A stretch of DNA of 64,000 nucleotides from an uncultured Nitrososphaeria archaeon. Its GTDB lineage: Archaea > Thermoproteota > Nitrososphaeria > Geothermarchaeales > JDFR-13. A program made the translations under genes and the position numbers. The notes under the pieces were generated by a model that saw nothing but the letters and a program-made list of their open reading frames with translations, had not been told where the DNA came from and did no database searches. Shown here piece after piece: positions 61,208-64,000 of this stretch; the stretch's first letter is position 1, and every line of letters begins with the position of its first letter. The stretch spans positions 16,916 to 80,915 of the forward strand of contig CAYTHX010000002.1 in assembly GCA_964437705.1 (NCBI GenBank). Reading direction: 5' to 3'.

Positions 61208-61224
61208 CCCCATATATAAGTAAT
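61208..61224 (+). promoter_or_regulatory. tRNA promoter TATA box
   Basis: catatataagtaat is centred about 25 nt upstream of the tRNA 5' end. Confidence 0.4.
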
Positions 61225-61236
61225 ATATACGGGTAG

Positions 61237-61337
61237 AGCCGGGTCGTCTAGCGGCCAAGGATCCCAGGCTCTGGATCGCCCCGTAAGGGGCTAGGGGAGC
61301 CCTGGGGACCCAGGTTCGAATCCTGGCCCGGCTACCA
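61237..61337 (+). tRNA. tRNA-Gln (anticodon CUG) with a ~25-nt intron after position 37 and encoded CCA
   Basis: Hand-folded cloverleaf. Acceptor AGCCGGG/CCCGGCU (A1-U72), discriminator A, CCA at 61335-61337. D-arm GUCU/GGAU. Anticodon stem CCAGG/CCUGG with loop CUCUGG and CTG at 61271-61273. Intron about 61275-61299, containing a CCCC-GUAA-GGGG hairpin. T-arm CCAGG-UUCGAAU-CCUGG. Confidence 0.75.
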
Positions 61338-61442
61338 ATCACTTCTCTTTATTTGAATGGAAGGATATAATACCTATTTGCTCAGGTAAGCTATTTTTAA
61401 AATAATTCCTTAAGGTAAATGATAGCTTATTATTTGGTTATA

Positions 61443-62363
61443 CTATATTTCTCTACTTTTTAGGGATATAAGTAGGTATTTTAATATATTCTTTGCTTCG
61501 TTATTGAGTGGTAATTGCTCTAGAATCTTTATTGCATTATCTATTTTCTGGGAAATCATTTGATTAGCGATTTTTAATGCTTCATCTATATTGATGTTGT
61601 TTTCTTTACATAAGATTCTAACTAGATTTGGTTTGTTTACATCATGGTTAACTGGTTTTCCTAGTATAGACTTATCACCAATTATATCTAATACATCATC
61701 TCTAAATTGGAAGGCATAGCCGAGTTCTTTACCGAACTCTCCAAAGATTTGTAGGGATTTTCTGTCTATACCTGCTAGCATTGCACTAACTCTGGCGATA
61801 TGTTCAAAGTATGATGCTGTTTTAAAATAGACGATATCTAGGTAATCATCAATATTTATCGACTGATTTTCCAGTTCTAGTGATTCCCCCATACACATCT
61901 TTATCCCTGCATGTAAAATCTCTCTTATAATTTCACCACTTAATTCGCTAGCTATATAATTCGACATTAATATTAGTGCGTCTCCAGCTAAAATAGCCAA
62001 CTCCTCACCATATTGCTTATGTACAGACACGGTACCTCTGCGAAAATCTGACCTATCAATAATGTCATCATGAATTAGAGAAGCTGTATGTCCAAATTCT
62101 ATCGCTACAGCAAGTCTTAATGACCTTTCATTTTCGACACCTAATCCCCTACTTATTAATAAGCTTAGTAACGGTCTAATAAGTTTCCCTTTACCAATTA
62201 AGTGAGATACAGCTGATTTTAGGATACCATCTAACGGAAATTTATTTAAATGGAAGTTTAGTGCTGATAATATCTCGAGAATATAATTGATGATCGTATT
62301 TCTATATTTATCGCTAATATTTTCAAGGTTAAGTAAACGTCTAAATGGCTCTGGTATTTGCAT
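61443..62363 (-). CDS. polyprenyl diphosphate synthase (geranylgeranyl diphosphate synthase-like)
   Basis: First and second aspartate-rich motifs (LIHDDIIDRSDFRRG and FQFRDDVLD). Confidence 0.85.
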   Translation of the reverse strand: MQIPEPFRRLLNLENISDKYRNTIINYILEILSALNFHLNKFPLDGILKSAVSHLIGKGKLIRPLLSLLISRGLGVENERSLRLAVAIEFGHTASLIHDDIIDRSDFRRGTVSVHKQYGEELAILAGDALILMSNYIASELSGEIIREILHAGIKMCMGESLELENQSINIDDYLDIVYFKTASYFEHIARVSAMLAGIDRKSLQIFGEFGKELGYAFQFRDDVLDIIGDKSILGKPVNHDVNKPNLVRILCKENNINIDEALKIANQMISQKIDNAIKILEQLPLNNEAKNILKYLLISLKSREI

Positions 62364-62598
62364 AACCGATTATCACCATAAATACCTTAGCTTATAATAT
62401 ATTTGCATTTCTCATTAATATTTAAGGTGCATTATTTTTTCTAACTGTAACTTTATAAAGTATTAAAACTTTTTGATTATCTTCTTTTCTTTATTTTTAT
62501 TGTTATTGAAGATGTCTAGGGAGAGATAAGAACGTAATATGGCAGATTAGGGATAACTATTACACAGATGAAAGATAATATATCCATAGTATGGCTGT

Positions 62599-63318
62599 AT
62601 GTTAGATTTTTATTGTCTAAAATCCTTCTGTTTTTTGATGTTAGAAATAACTGCCTTACATTTAATTACTCCGCTTTTCAGAGCTACGTTTATGGCGATT
62701 CTAATCATAATTCTATTTTATATTGTTAAGTTCTTTATTGATGGCTATAGGTATGTACACTCAAAGTCCTTGCTAATCCTGATACTATCGTTTTTAATGT
62801 TTATTTTGGGTGCATTATCCAACTTAGTAATGAGTAGCTATGGATATGTATTAATACACTTTTATAACTTGAAATATGAGGGTTTTTTATATCATCATGT
62901 AGGTAATATTATATATACGATATTTGAGATAGCAGGTTTCTTTATACTTATATTATTTAATTTTCTTGCTAAGAAAACTGGTAGCGAAGCGGTATTAATG
63001 ATATTGCCAGCATTTTTTGCAGATATACTTTATAATATTGAAGTAGCAATTAATGTAATTGTACTAGCGGAGCTAATTATATTCTTAGTGAATGTTGTTG
63101 TGTCGCTTCCTACAAAGGTATATGTGGGTAAATTTATGGTTATTACTGGTTTATCATTATTAATACTAAGTAGACTTTTAATGCTGTTTCCATTCTTCCC
63201 AACTACTGATATGTTTTCAAGTATGATAGAGGTAGCGGGATTCTCCGGATTAGTAATACTAAGACAAGACGTAAGTCTATTCGTTAAAACGACTACAATT
63301 AAAGGGGAGGAGGTTTGA
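62599..63318 (+). CDS. hypothetical polytopic membrane protein
   Basis: 239 aa, predicted to be almost entirely TM helices. Confidence 0.4.
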   Translation: MLDFYCLKSFCFLMLEITALHLITPLFRATFMAILIIILFYIVKFFIDGYRYVHSKSLLILILSFLMFILGALSNLVMSSYGYVLIHFYNLKYEGFLYHHVGNIIYTIFEIAGFFILILFNFLAKKTGSEAVLMILPAFFADILYNIEVAINVIVLAELIIFLVNVVVSLPTKVYVGKFMVITGLSLLILSRLLMLFPFFPTTDMFSSMIEVAGFSGLVILRQDVSLFVKTTTIKGEEV

Positions 63319-63599
63319 AATATAGGCCGGACATACTTATCATCAGAGATATATTAAATGCTATAGATGAAGATGGAACTACGATTTCGACAATTGTTTA
63401 TAGAGCAAATATTCCGCATGATAGATTAAAGAACCGATTAAAACAAATGATAGATTCAGGTTTAGTTTATGAAGTTGATGAAGGAGATAGGAAGAAATAT
63501 TATTTAACTAAGAAGGGATGGGAAGCTAGGATAAAGATTAATGAGATGGTCATTTTTTTACAGGAGCTTGGGTTAATAGATTATAGAGGCTCCCGATAA
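63315..63599 (+). CDS. winged-helix DNA-binding protein
   Basis: 94 aa with a wHTH-like core (ILNAIDEDGTTISTIVYRANIPHDRLKNRLKQMIDSGLV). Overlaps the stop of the upstream membrane-protein gene. Confidence 0.45.
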   Translation: MKYRPDILIIRDILNAIDEDGTTISTIVYRANIPHDRLKNRLKQMIDSGLVYEVDEGDRKKYYLTKKGWEARIKINEMVIFLQELGLIDYRGSR

Positions 63600-64000
63600 T
63601 TTCGGCATACTTCTTATCGTTTATAGTTATAATAAAGGCATTAATTTCATCGAGGTTATCGCTAATTTCTATATGATTAGAAATAAGTTTTGCTGGATAA
63701 ATACCTTCTTGCAGATTTATATTGATAGGTAAGATTGGATAAGTTTTTACTAAAAAGTTAAATAATGATAAGTATAGTGGTCTAGCTGCATATAATGCCG
63801 CGATTAATCCCCTTACATAGTTAAGATCGCAGGTAATATACAAGTAGTTTTTCTTAATCCTGATATGTATATTTTCTAAGCCATTATTTACAGCATTTAA
63901 CTCTTCTTCAAAAATGAAATTTGTTTTTTCAAGTAACTCGTTATATCCTAGTACAAGAAGAAAATCACATAATTTTTCTACTTCATTTATATCCTTAATA
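63550..64000 (-). CDS. hypothetical protein running off the window edge
   Basis: The ORF-track start at 63843 is a TTG. The same frame stays open upstream to the window edge (...FIFEEELNAVNNGLENIHIRIKKNY-LYITCD...). Confidence 0.35.
   Translation of the reverse strand, partial: IKDINEVEKLCDFLLVLGYNELLEKTNFIFEEELNAVNNGLENIHIRIKKNYLYITCDLNYVRGLIAALYAARPLYLSLFNFLVKTYPILPININLQEGIYPAKLISNHIEISDNLDEINAFIITINDKKYAEIIGSLYNLLTQAPVKK

Noticed and set aside
61127-61342. 71-aa ORF on the minus strand
   Set aside because: It lies exactly over the GC-rich tRNA-Gln gene, and its product is low-complexity and Arg/Gly/Pro-rich. I treated it as an artefact.

Overview
This is an AT-rich, densely packed archaeal chromosome segment. 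The gene content points to a Sulfolobales-type crenarchaeon: a zinc-containing ferredoxin, an 11-subunit nuoABCDHIJKLMN operon with no NuoEFG, a thermosome subunit, a family-B3 DNA polymerase, a short archaeal XPF, a split MetE, and the LipA/LipB pair. Most of the window is housekeeping (respiration, translation, replication and repair, lipid and isoprenoid metabolism). I found no CRISPR array, no IS element and no rRNA gene.

I recognised one RNA gene, a tRNA-Gln(CUG) at 61237..61337. It has an A1-U72 pair, an intron of about 25 nt after position 37, and an encoded CCA.

The most unusual part of the window is 55.0-61.2 kb:
- A compact operon at 55006..58079 encodes a hinge-less SMC-like ABC ATPase followed by ScpA-like (kleisin) and ScpB-like (kite) genes. 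It is preceded on the same strand by an MBL-fold hydrolase gene.
- A GC-rich, highly structured non-coding island lies at about 59960..60375. It contains four tandem imperfect hairpins that share an AATCAGG(T/C)GGTT loop.
- Next to it is a frameshifted HTH-LAGLIDADG (I-DmoI-like) endonuclease gene at 60376..61156, which is immediately upstream of the tRNA-Gln.

Other points worth a second look:
- An FpoF/FrhB-like ferredoxin-domain protein is encoded at the head of the nuo operon (21205..22263).
- NuoJ and MetE are each split into two ORFs.
- PolB3, a DHH phosphoesterase and an ATP-dependent DNA ligase form a co-directional cluster (36579..41687).
- An Sm-like gene at 25760..25981 has no canonical start codon upstream of its conserved N-terminal helix.
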